Shown here in pieces: positions 48,073 through 60,081 of a DNA stretch of 64,000 nt. The position numbers and the translations under genes were made by a program. Every line of letters begins with the position of its first letter. The first letter of the stretch is position 1. Origin of the DNA: Antedon mediterranea (taxonomy: Eukaryota; Animalia; Echinodermata); the NCBI RefSeq assembly GCF_964355755.1, contig NC_092670.1:1788201-1852200 (forward strand), written 5' to 3'. A model generated the notes under the pieces. That model saw only the letters and a program-made list of their open reading frames with translations. It was not told the origin of the DNA and searched no databases.

Positions 48073-51000
48073 TCATTTTTCAAAACTGACCCTGTAGCCA
48101 AGACCAAACCTGAGGTCAACTGTACCTTGTTCATCAAGCTCCTGTTTGATGACATTGTGCAGTGGGTACTTCCCTTGACCACACCCTCTACCAGAGAAGT
48201 CATCTAGATCTAGAGACCAAACCATCGCACCAGCTAATCCTTGAGATTTTATACCCTGGAGCTGGAATTGTGTAAATACAATATTTGAAATCAATTTAAA
48301 TAAGTCTTTAAAATATTCCTTTATTTTCAATTTATTTTCTTATATAAAATAAAATTTATACTAAAGAAATTACTGTTCAACTTACAATAGTTCTAAAGCT
48401 ATCTTGATTATGATAGCCAACCCATTGGTTTCCCTTGTAAGCGTATGGTGCGGCAATTGACGGACTTTCCGCAGACGGACTATCCACAGACGTACCACCG
48501 CTTGATATCATTTGACAAATCTGAAACAACATAAACAATAATGGTTTTGAAAAAAAAAAAATGATGAACAGCTTTTATGGTACAACAGGCAGCCAATCCT
48601 CAGTAGTGTATTTAAATTAGTCCCGAATCATGCAAATCTCATGTGTTTCACATGTGAATCTTTATATCATAGACTTTCATGATACAGGTAAAACATGTGA
48701 TGTATAAACAATTCCGTATTTACAGAATATTTGTATATGATAGTGGACCAATATATTAGTGGGACAGGCATTCAAATACATGTGTGTAACCTCAGTGAAA
48801 CAGATGATTTAAAAGCCTTACGGCACAATTTCTTTTAAATTATGTGCATTATAGTATGATTAACTTAATTTTAATGATAGATATTATTGAGGCACTGAGA
48901 TGTAACTAATGACACACCTCATAGTACGACAAGAATCCTGCCTCTCTTGTGTGTTTGCCTTGATCTCCACCACCGTTTGCTGCAGACCCTAAACTTGTTT
49001 CTGATGAATTGCTCAGTCTAAATGACCTTCCATATGTAGCCAAGCCAATCACAAGTTTGTTTCTTGGTGTTCCAGCATTAAGCCACTTTTCTGCTGCCCA
49101 TATCTTTTTGTAATAATGATAAAATGTACGGTAAATTCACATATCGAGTAGTTTTTAAAAGTAATATCAAGTTAACAAAGCAAGTACTTTAAATGTTACA
49201 TACAATTGTAAGTTTTCTGTTGTTGGCAGATGAATCGTGTGAATAGAGGGCGTTGTGATGTCCAACGGTTGAATCCCAGCTGCCATGAAGATCGTAAGAT
49301 ACAAGTCCTACCCAATCTAGTTCCCTGAAATTCAATGTTTTTAAAAACCTTTCATTAAAAGATTGTTAAAATAGAAATTTGTATTCCCTTACAATGTGCT
49401 ATAATGATTCCAATTATGCTATTATTCCAATCTGGGGCACTTACTAGTACATACTACTTGTGACTTACTTTGCTAATTTAGCAACTTCATATCCTCTGTC
49501 AATCTTAGATTCTCCGGCTGCGACTGCTGCTGTCAATAGGAGGGGCACTTTTCCAGTACGAATTGCTTCGGCATTAAATGCTACTCTCATTTCCTAAAAT
49601 TGTAAATAGCACAATTAACATTAAATGTGCGTGTAGCACTTCGTAGGTAGTCTGCACAGTGTGTATGTACAGAGTTTGAGTTTTGTTATTTTATGTGAAG
49701 CTACAAGCTGGTAGTACTTGTAGTTTAAAATGTTGTGGATTGTAATTACCTGAACTAGGAGTGTAAAACGCTGTTTGTCTTCTAGTGGGCTACCATCGTC
49801 TGCAGGGTACTCCCAGTCAATGTCCAAACCGTCAAAACCATGTTCTCTCAGAAATGTAATACTGTTTGTTATGAATTGTTGCCGTGTGTTTGAGGTGGCC
49901 ACCATTCTCGTAAATCCTAAGGTGCCAAATGTCCCGCCACTAACGCCCAACAAAACTTTTAGTGACGGATTCTGGTAATACATACTAACCACCTAAAAAT
50001 TGGAAATTTAAAAAAATTAACTTAAATCAGCATTCAGTATATTTAATTACATACCTATCTAACCAGGAGACACACATTTCAATTGCTTGCAAGACTGCTC
50101 TCTATTAAAAGTGTCCAGTGTCCACAACTTATGATATTATTTATTTCTTTTTCATTTCCAAAAGTACTAAATAAATAACTATTAATAAGTAACACAATAA
50201 TAATAACCTTGCAGTACAGTTACATTTTATTTTTATGTGTATATTTCCTGTGAACTTGTCTATTTTGGTCCATCATTTTTAATGTTTCAATCTTTGTACT
50301 ACAATATGTCTGCTTTTTGTAAATTTGTATATTATACCTAAATAAAAAAATATGCAAAAAAATGTCACCCTATGGTACATGCCATAACCCCAAGGTGAGG
50401 ACTCTTCGTTCCTTTCACTTTCCTGGAGGCAGTTGTCGTACCCTATATTTGCAAACGCGTACACAATGTGGGTACACAAATCAGGATCGATGTATTCAGG
50501 CACAAATTTGGCTACATCTGCCGATCTGTACTGCGACCAATTCGTATAGTAGCAGATGCGATAGTATGCTTCAACATCTAAGGACAAAATGTGATATTTT
50601 GAATCTAACAACACTTATACCTAGATTCTTGGAATTAGTAGATGAGCACCTTATCCCCACATTACCATTATATCGATTAACTATTTTAATTTAATTACAC
50701 TTACTTAAAATGCTGGCAAGTAATACCAACAGTAGCACAACCAGCAAACTGTATTCCTATTAACAAAAAAATAAATATATATATATATATATATACAGAA
50801 CTTTGGTAAACAATTTCCTATTTGCAGAATATAATCATAAAGTTTGACGAGTACAAATTTGAAACATTGCATAACACTTGAGGTCGCTGTAAACTTTCAT
50901 GGCTGAAAATGATTGGTCAAAAACCAAATGACATCACATGTACACGAACATGTATGTTTGGCTTGTTCTAAAAGTGCTAGAAGAAACCCACAAAGAAAAC

Positions 51001-51085
51001 ATGAAAAAACACATAAATCAATACAATCTCAATTCCATGCTAAATATGTCAGATTTTCTTGTCTAATAATATATCATCCTACCAT
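48073..51085 (-). CDS. Duplicated GH18 chitinase, single catalytic domain, no linker or CBM14 exon found; may be an incipient pseudogene
   Basis: Same exon series as GH18-1 with open frames and splice sites; [11 protein letters not shown] intact; read-through of the last donor stops at 48073. Confidence 0.7.
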
Positions 51086-51139
51086 CTTTGTATAAACGCC
51101 AGATATGTCGATGGTTGCTGTGACCGTGGTGGCAAAAAA

Positions 51140-53253
51140 AACAAGTCTGCCTATTGACGTTCCACAACTGATCATGTAAAGTGCTTCTTGAATTTGAGGT
51201 CAACTTTTGTATTTCAAATTCAGCTTTTGTGATTGGTTGTTTTTTATTTGGATTCAGCAACCGTATAGTCTTGTTAAATGGATTATCTCTATTTTAAGGG
51301 ATTTATAACTTGTTGTTATGAGTTAAATATTTTCGAAACCAACAGGAGTTGAGAGGTGAATGAAAGGTTACATAAAATGGAGCACTGTTCAATTTGTGAA
51401 GAGATTATTGTTGAGACTGATCATATTAATCCTATTAATCCACACTTGAGATTAACACTACAAGAAAGTCAAGTTGAAATAGCAATAGAAATGGCCAATC
51501 ACCATCAGCTGCGATGATAAAATCAACATTTGACAAAAGATCTAGCTCCTCCACGAGCCAATCAAATTGACTGGTGCTTTCTGTTGAGTCATTCATCTTA
51601 GTCCCTTAAAAAAAAAAAATTGTGGTTATGAAAAACATTAGGAAGGATATGAAGAAAATGAAGAATGTGAATTACATTGGAAGAAAACAATGAGCACGGA
51701 AGGGACAAATACTGTTTGACAGATGCTGTGGAACCCTCTACCTTTAAAACATTAAGCTCTGTCCACACTATCAAAGTTTATGTGACAAAAACGTGATATG
51801 CCCAAATATGGATATGATGATGTCATATCACTACCATATTTAATCATATCACTACCATATTTGGGCACATCACACTTTTTGGCAAACTAGTTTAATGGTG
51901 TACATAGAGCTTAATGCTAATCATTGGACATCTTTTTTGACAGATTGAAAGATTGATTACTAAAGATCGAGGATGGTTTAGAAAATTATGCCAATTTGAG
52001 ATATTTCAGCCTGTACCTTGTTTGTCTTTTTTCCAGTTCAGCTCCCGAATGATAGGTTTACACATTTCTTCATTGTTACAATTTCTATCAATGTTACGCG
52101 GCAGGCAAGTCTCTAAAACTTGAACACCAACATCTTCACGATAAAACAAATAGTTTTGTTTTAGAATTTAGTCGGCTTTATTTCTGTTCACCTTTAATAG
52201 CTTTGTAATTAGGATCGCTAAATTACTTTGTAAAAGAAAACATATATTTACATTAATCTAGAAATCTCCTTTTTATTTTCAAAAACAGTTCAAAGCTTAA
52301 CATTTGCAAATGCTGCCATGGTAATACTAGCTAATATAAATTGCAATATTTTTATAAATTGTCTTAAAAACATCATAATTAACTATGAAATTGTTTTGAG
52401 TCGGAGCAGGGAGCTGCCTGGGTGACACTAGTTATTATCAATTACCTATAATGATGCAGTCTTTGTTAACTGGTGATTTTCGTCTTGTTACTTCAGTCAC
52501 CATCTTCGTCCATGTGCACTGATGCATGACAAGCACCTCTTGAACAATCAGTTTCATCAGGAATAAGATACTCAAATCTTGTTCCAATCCTACAAATAAT
52601 ACAACTATGAATTTAGGAATTCAATACGGTAGTTTATTTTACAGTATTTTTTTTGTACTGTTAGACCGTATAATATTTGATAAAATACAGATATAACTAT
52701 GTCGTATAACAAAGAAACATATAAATATAGATACAAAGTGAATATTATTATTATTGTCAGATTAAAACATAAAAATAATTTTTTTTAAATATAATTAAAT
52801 GACTGCTTTTATTAAGAGCAATTGATAAGACGAAATAAAGTGGAATTTAAGTAATTTGCGAAAGGAACTACAAAAACAACGAATGAACATTGTTGTTAAA
52901 AGTATCATTAAGTTTGTGTTTCCACGATTAAATTGTGGATCTGAGCACAATCTTTGCACCCCTTGAAGCTGTAGTATAGTAGGGCATGGGCCTACCTAGT
53001 CCTGTACTCTATCTAGGCCTGGCCCTAGTCTAAAACTGTATCATACGGGCTTTGCCTGGTGCTGGTACACAGTACAGACAGTACAGTAGGTATTCTAGTA
53101 GAAAGTACTACCCAGCAGAGGGCAAGGCCTGCCTGGGCCTAAACTACTTTAAATAGTGAGGTTTTTAAGATGTTTACGTTGAAATTCTGATTTATTATTA
53201 TGCTTGTATTCAATGTGGACATCTGACAGAAATATTTTAGGTTCTCCTGCCAT
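51140..53253 (-). pseudogene. METTL22: METTL22 duplicate pseudogene
   Basis: 2-bp deletion in exon 2 (about 52495); exon 3 and most of the motif-I exon deleted (remnant about 52300-52333); last three exons missing. Confidence 0.9.
51755..51911. mobile_element. Harbinger-like MITE at the site paralogous to 24275-24469
   Basis: Same TIRs and flanks; lacks the (taa)n insert. Confidence 0.85.
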
Positions 53254-53321
53254 CTCCCAATGCTCCTATTTTTTACTTTCAGGTCTTCTAATTTTCTGTA
53301 CACCTCTGCCACCAAAGATCT

Positions 53322-53530
53322 TCTATGGAACGCCGTTTACGCAACATTTCGATGATATGAATTTTATGACGCGATATGTGAATGAAATGCATCGATATGA
53401 ATTGAATGGCGTGATATATGAATGAAATGTTTTGAATTGAATGCTTTGAATTGAATGTTTTGAATGAAATGTTTTGAATGAAATGTTTTGAATTGAATGT
53501 TTTGAATAAAATGTTTTGAATGAAATGCTT
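53322..53530. repeat. Insertion of about 200 bp carrying a 14-bp repeat (gaatgaaatgtttt), absent from the paralogue
   Basis: The paralogue reads aaagatctttgacacc without interruption at about 27887-27902. Confidence 0.8.
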
Positions 53531-53574
53531 TGACACCTAACCACAAAAAAAAAGGAAATAACCAAAGGCACATG

Positions 53575-53680
53575 GCACTAGAGCGCCACCAATTGTTGTG
53601 TTGTTTGGTGTTCAGTGGACCGTGAACATTTCCCGCTAAGCTTCCCGCCGCCCGAGATTCAATCAAAATACAAGGTCAGT
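53575..53680. promoter_or_regulatory. Putative bidirectional promoter (CCAAT; E2F-like tttcccgc 53629-53636 and cttcccgcc 53641-53649); probable EME1 non-coding exon donor at about 53674
   Basis: Lies between divergent ATGs at 53253 (-) and 53738 (+); caag|gtcagt donor and ttcacag acceptor just before the EME1 ATG. Confidence 0.55.
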
Positions 53681-53737
53681 TTTATTTGACACCGCTTTCA
53701 TCCATCATCCATGTGTGTGTGTTGTTGTTCACAGAAA

Positions 53738-56700
53738 ATGGCATTTCTGAATAATTCTTTAAAAGAACAGGTGGAGCAAGTTTACCATGTTTGCCCAGAC
53801 GTTTCAAAAGATGACATTAGACGTGACCTGTCTATTACGTCTAATGTTGAAGAAACAATCAACAGGATATTTGATGGGAATGTAAGTTTAGTTTTTACTA
53901 AACTGTTATGCTAGCTAGAGAGTGACACTACTTTAGCCTAGCTACTAGGCCGTAGTATTAGCTTAGTAGTAGTCGTAGGCCCGCTCTCTGTTGGTCTGGG
54001 GCCTAGTACAAAACTTGTCTCAGAAAGTATAATAGGTAGTAGTGAGTTTATGCTCGTAATGATGGGTGCCATGTGATGTCACATAATAACAGCAAAAGAA
54101 TTAATTAAATAATAATTAAGTATTATTGGCCATCATAACATAATATTAATAATAATATATATATATTTTTTTAATTGAATATTATTAATAATAAATACCA
54201 CATGCTTAAATTCATGTCATCTGATTGGTTGATAGTTGGTCTATTGATAATAGTAGTTTAACTCAGGTGAACCAACTCTCAAACGGGAATTGCTGGCATG
54301 CTGTTGCAATTATTACAAATACAACCATTGTATATTGAGGGTAATAATACAGATTGTTTAGTACTGACATACTGGGATCTTTTTTTTTTATTAGTTTCTG
54401 AATGGTTTCATAGAGGAATTGCAGAAGGAAAATAATACAAGAAATATTGACAACAATTATGGAATTGATCGCGATGATGATGATGATTTGAAAGATCTTC
54501 CTGATATTAAAATTCATTCATTAAAATCAACTGAAACCAGAAAATTAAAAAGACAACTGACCGACAGAGAAACCAGTTCAGTAAAGTTTGTAAGAACTCA
54601 TGCTGAATTCTCAGTAGAGAATATAGCCGTTAGTCCAACAAAGCTGAATTGTGGAAGGGGGAAAACCCCAGACAGAAGGAAAACCTCAGACAGACAAACT
54701 ATCACAGTTTCAGATAACAAGTTTAAACAAAAAGATATATTAGCAAACATTGACTTAACAAGGCATCCATCGGAAATGAGTGCAGTTTATAATTCAGACC
54801 ATAGAGGGAGCCCTATATCTCTTTCAAGTAGTGATGATGAATCCAATAATACAATTGAACTTTTGAATAGGATAAGAGGTCAAAGGGCAAAAGTTACTGA
54901 TAATAACAATCGAGCAAATGTGTTTGACATTGCATCCATTTCCTACAAAAAACCATCCGAAGGAAATTACGAAGACTATCGGTCGTCTGAACAATTTAGT
55001 TACGAAAGCGTGGACTCCATGACCGTGTCCGATTCACAAGAAACGTTAGACAGTGTGTCCAGTGTGGTCTCATCTGTATCATCCTCGTCATCGAAATCAC
55101 GGAAGAATCGGTCGGCGGAAGAAATTGCTGAACATAAGCAGGAAGCATTGGTAAGTTAATATGGTTTCCATTTCCAATAATTTATCGGAATCAATAATCT
55201 GATATTTATATTGAAGACATGACTTTGTTTTTGTTAAATTTCAGGAACGTAAAGCCCAGAAACAGAAAGAAAGGTTGGAAAAGAAGACAGAAAAGGCAAA
55301 AGAACTTGCAAAAAGAAAGGTAAATTCAAGATAATTCTGTCAAAATATCTTATTAATGTGTCTTCCACAATTAACTCTCACCAATCTATTTTCTATTCGC
55401 AGTTTCTATTCGCTCTCTTTATCCTCATTTTGAATTTTTTTTTCCGTAGGCATTGCAAGAGCTTAAAAAATCCAGTCGTCCTGAAGAATGCATGAAGGTA
55501 CAGTATTTGTATATATGCATTTCAATCACTAATTCAACTCAAAGAAACAAAACTTAGATAAAGTCCTGCACCAGTAATAACTAATTAAGCAACACCTTAA
55601 CCCTCATAATGAAGCACAGGCTTATCCTCATCCTGGGGATAATGACATTTTAAACTTTACAAATGTATATCTTTATGAACATTAACGTAGTATGTCACAG
55701 CACTGGTGGATCCAGCTGTACTAGAGAGCAGTGGTGGTGGTGAAGTTCTGGCTAAGCTGCAAAGCTTGGAATGTAAAACGGAACTAAGAGCACAACCAAT
55801 GACAAACACAATATCTTGGACAAGAGACAACATTGACCATCAACTCATGGATGATTTACAGGTACTGGTGGTACATCTCGACGTTATCCATAGGTTTTGC
55901 CACAAGAAGGCTATTCTGTCAAGTTTTTGTAGTGGTATCATTTCATTTATTATATTATCAAGTCTTTTCTCTGCATACAGTATTAATGGAACTGTCTTAT
56001 TAATTGGAATGGTTCTACTTTATACAAAATCCCAATTGAGACTACTTTACGACAAAGTGTGTCATTAATAGGAATTGAACATAGTTCTTAAAACATAATA
56101 TTTCTCCTTGTTGTCGCCTTTCAGTAGGAATGTCCCCTGAATAGATGTATACCAAAGGAGAGATTCTGTTGTATACAGAACCCCTTTATAGTAGTTGGCT
56201 GTAGTGTTTAAACATATATTATTTCCCCCTTAATATAGGAGTGTGCCAAATGTCTGTATTTAAATAACATCTTTCTTGCAGTTACAGAGCTTTACAACAC
56301 AAACACAAGAAGACGTAATACTCATTGTTATACCAACCAGTGATTTTGTTGAAATGATCAGTAATTATCGCAAAGAAAAATCAATTGGTTGCTGCGACAG
56401 TGATGACCTTAGGTCATTTGCCCAAGAGGCAAAGAAAAAATACCCAGAAAAGACTGTTACTATGGTTACAATAGCTATGGAACGATATTTTAGGTAAGAC
56501 TACTAATATATCACTTTAAAAAACAAATACTATTAAACTGTCAATAAATAAATAGAAAGCTCAGGTTTCGGCTTAAAAGGACATACCTGTTAATGTTTAT
56601 TATTTCTCTCATTTTGGTATAAGACACCAAAAGACTTTACAGAATCGTAATTTCCGAGCTGCATGTCTTGGTACGGATGCGTCAACCAAGCAAACAAAGA

Positions 56701-58494
56701 CGAAGAAAATTAAGAAAGTTGAAGACATTACAAATTGTGTAACCAGGCTGGAGGTAGAGGAGGTAATGTAACCGAGTACAATGATCAACGTGACTTTAAA
56801 TCCTTCATGTTGTAATAAGTCTTCCTAGATGGCAAATAGCTCACTGTTACCCAATCCAGTTTTCTACTGTAATTCTTTGATAAACCTGTGGCTGTTAAGC
56901 TCTTATACATCTACTTTATTGAATCTTCATCCGGCAGTCATATACTTACATTTCATTTTGATTTACAGGCCTTAGTTGATCTGCAGCTGCAAGAAGGCTG
57001 CATTCTAAAAATGATAGAAACCACAACGGAGCTTGGTGATATGGTTGCTATGTACACAAAGGCTGTTGCTGAAACTCCTTTCAAGTAAACATAATGTTAA
57101 CATTTTAATTCAGATTTTCTGCTTAAAATCAGATAATAAAATATTGTACTTATTTATTATGTCTCAAATTACCTATTAAGATTTCTCTTATACATACTAA
57201 CCATGGATTTCGCTTCTTATTTCTCTTCTTCATAGACGAGAACGGGACAAAGCAACATTTTCTTTTCACGTTGATACCGAATGGGCCGGTGGTGTGAAGA
57301 TTGGCAAAGACGGAAAAGGCTTGTTACGACTGTGGCGGCAGCAGATACAACAATTTCGTAATGTCAGCCCGGAAATTGCACAAGCAGTAGTAGCAGAGTA
57401 TCCATCTCCACAGCTGTTACTGCAGGTCAAACATCTTCATCTTTATTTTGATTCCATTCAGGCTCCACCACTATTACTTTATTTCCAAGCACCTATATAT
57501 AGAAAGAAAATATTATATGCCAGGCCACATTATGTTTTCAGAAATAAGTAGAACTTTATGTTTATTCAATAAATACTTACCAGCATACATGCCAGACCCA
57601 AGAAGGAAGTCATCTGCTCCAGGACGTGCTGCTAAATAAAAAATACAGTTAGATATAATAGGGAGGTTTCGCAACGCTACGATAACGAAAACGTCATACA
57701 TTTATGAAACTTTTAAGCTGATCCCCATTTCATATTCGTAAAGCGTATTTGTGTTGACGAATATCACATATCATATTCGTAACTACAAAACGAGTATAGT
57801 TTTTTTATTATTTTCCACATTTTGCATTTGAATCAGGAATGATTCATGATTATAATATAATTATAGATTTATTGAAAGTAATTTACTAAAAGTAATTTGC
57901 TAAAATAACAAGTCGGTTTTGATAAATAGCAGTTTTTAAAGTGCTCACTCGCTTTTATGTTACGCTAGGCCTAGGCAGCCAAGCAACTCGTACCTGCTGC
58001 GCTTCGAATTTACCGCAGTCACATTTTTTTTTAGATCGACGGCGCCCTCGATTTTTGCAAAAACGAATACATGTGCGTGACGTATTCATTGCGTTGCGAA
58101 ACCTCTCTAATTAGAACATTAGTTTTACTATTTTGATCTGCCAATGGATATACAGTACTTTAAGATTTGACTCACCTGACAAGTTTGAATGATAGATGGT
58201 TTATATTATGATTTCTGTTCTTGTTTTCAGGCTTATAGTCAATGCGACAGCCCACAAGAAGCAGAGAAGTTACTGGAAGATATCATGGTAAATATATACT
58301 GGCCACACTAGAAAATTATGTTTTTGTATCTGGTCTGTGCTCAGATACTGTACTTTAATATTGCCTCTCGTTTATTGTTACAGGTAAGGCGTGGCACTGG
58401 TGTTTTATCTCGAAGCAGGCGTGTCGGGAAGGAGTTATCGCGTCGTATCTACATTCAGATGACAAGCAGGGATAATAGTCAAATTTTACACTAA
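53738..58494 (+). CDS. EME1: Crossover junction endonuclease subunit EME1/2 (MUS81 partner) with an N-terminal CUE-like domain
   Basis: [92 protein letters not shown] and [23 protein letters not shown]; GT-AG exons from 53738-53881 to 58384-58494. Confidence 0.93.
57660..58108. mobile_element. MITE with 3-bp AAT TSD (PIF/Harbinger group) in an EME1 intron
   Basis: aat|agggaggtttcgcaacgc ... gcgttgcgaaacctctct|aat. Confidence 0.85.
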
Positions 58495-60081
58495 CAATTT
58501 ATCAGTGCATACAAAGTCATAAATTTGATGTTCATTAAAAAAAATCTTATTAATTAAAGAAAATAAATATCACATTTACATCCACAGTGATTTGAGTCTC
58601 CTTTTGAGTTTTTTTACGTCGATATTATTTAACTTGTCTTTTTTTGCGGTGCTACAGCTGGTTTAAATGCACTCTTATTGGAGACAACAATGATAGAAGT
58701 GTGGAAGGAACATAGAGGTATTATACAACTAGAGGGTCCACTAGCTGTATACTACCAGGTGTACTATCTCACCATTTTAAAAAGTCCAACATTTCCAAAA
58801 CAAAACTATTGGAATTTTAGCCATATAGAAAGTAACAGTGCAGTACTGCAAACAAAGATGAAATGAGAGACAAAACAATAACAACAAAACAATTAACAGG
58901 CTATATATATGATATGATTTTAAATATATTTTATTACACAATAAATGTAACCATCTTGTGGTTGACATGTGTCAATGAAAATAAAGTGTTTGTATTATAC
59001 ATTAATATCCTGAAGATAAAACCTTATAATTTACCTTAAAAGTTCAATTCAAACAAAATACATTGAATTAATTGGAAAAAATAATTAACATTTCATTTTC
59101 GATGTACTGTATATACTGAAATCATTGATTGTCTATTTTCTATTTATAGATTAAGAACATTAAAAAGTTAAAAAACTTAAATTATTTACAAACTAAAATG
59201 TGCACTGTCTAATTTGATTGTATACACCGGCCTTTGAAACTGGGGATCTGATATCAACAGGGAATGGATATCATTTACAATTTTTAGGGTAAAACACAAG
59301 ATGTTACAGTTAAAACATTTCTCATCTATTAAATAACTGCACTAATGATTTTGTCCATCATTAAAATAACATTGTAAGAGTTTTACCAATATTAACAATG
59401 ATGAAATGATTGAAAATTGACAGCAGGAAAGGACAGACATAATTATTATGTAAAGGATACCATTTGGACACTACATCTAACCAATGGCACATTTGCATTG
59501 AGGGTGTGTCCTTGTGTTGTGTCCTAGAGGGAAGATAAGGACCAAGCAAGGAAGGCCAAAACTGTTTACATGGCAGTGAAACCTAACCTCTCAATTATGG
59601 CCACTCCTTAAATCAATTTGAGTAAAACTATTTTCCTGATTACGAAAATATAGAATTCACAGATTTTGAATAAAATTTTGAGTTTTAAAAATGTCTATAT
59701 AACTCTGCTGATTGTATACATTTTTACATTTTTAGCTGATCATATTAACTGGATAATAAATTCCTATATACAAGTTAATTGAATAAATAATACATAGTAC
59801 ATAGTTTTTTAAAAGTTAACTTACAAATCAACAGAAAGCTAAAATCGTAACAAATTAAAATATTCCTCACTCACTCACTGTACAGCCTTGCCTCTTCCAC
59901 TCAGCAGTTACGATGCAGGCCTGTCTTCACTTTTCAACCACCCTTCCCCCTCCCATCAACTTTGATATGGCCCTACCTCTCCCATCTTTCTCATCCAATT
60001 TCTCATTTTAGCATTTGTAACGCAAAAGTGTGAACTGTAAACACATACTTCCAAACCTTAACTTTGTGGTATTTCTTAAAC

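Larger units (their letters stand above)
47770..53700 (+). repeat. Direct segmental duplicate of about 18298-28047 with internal deletions
   Basis: Collinear exons and introns, e.g. 48350-48630 vs 18705-18992 and 51295-52310 vs 23835-24800/26352-26480. Confidence 0.93.

Noticed and set aside
47487-54290. Shared segment of about 65 bp at 47490 and 54190 as part of the segmental duplication
   Set aside because: Not collinear with the block; more likely a dispersed repeat fragment.
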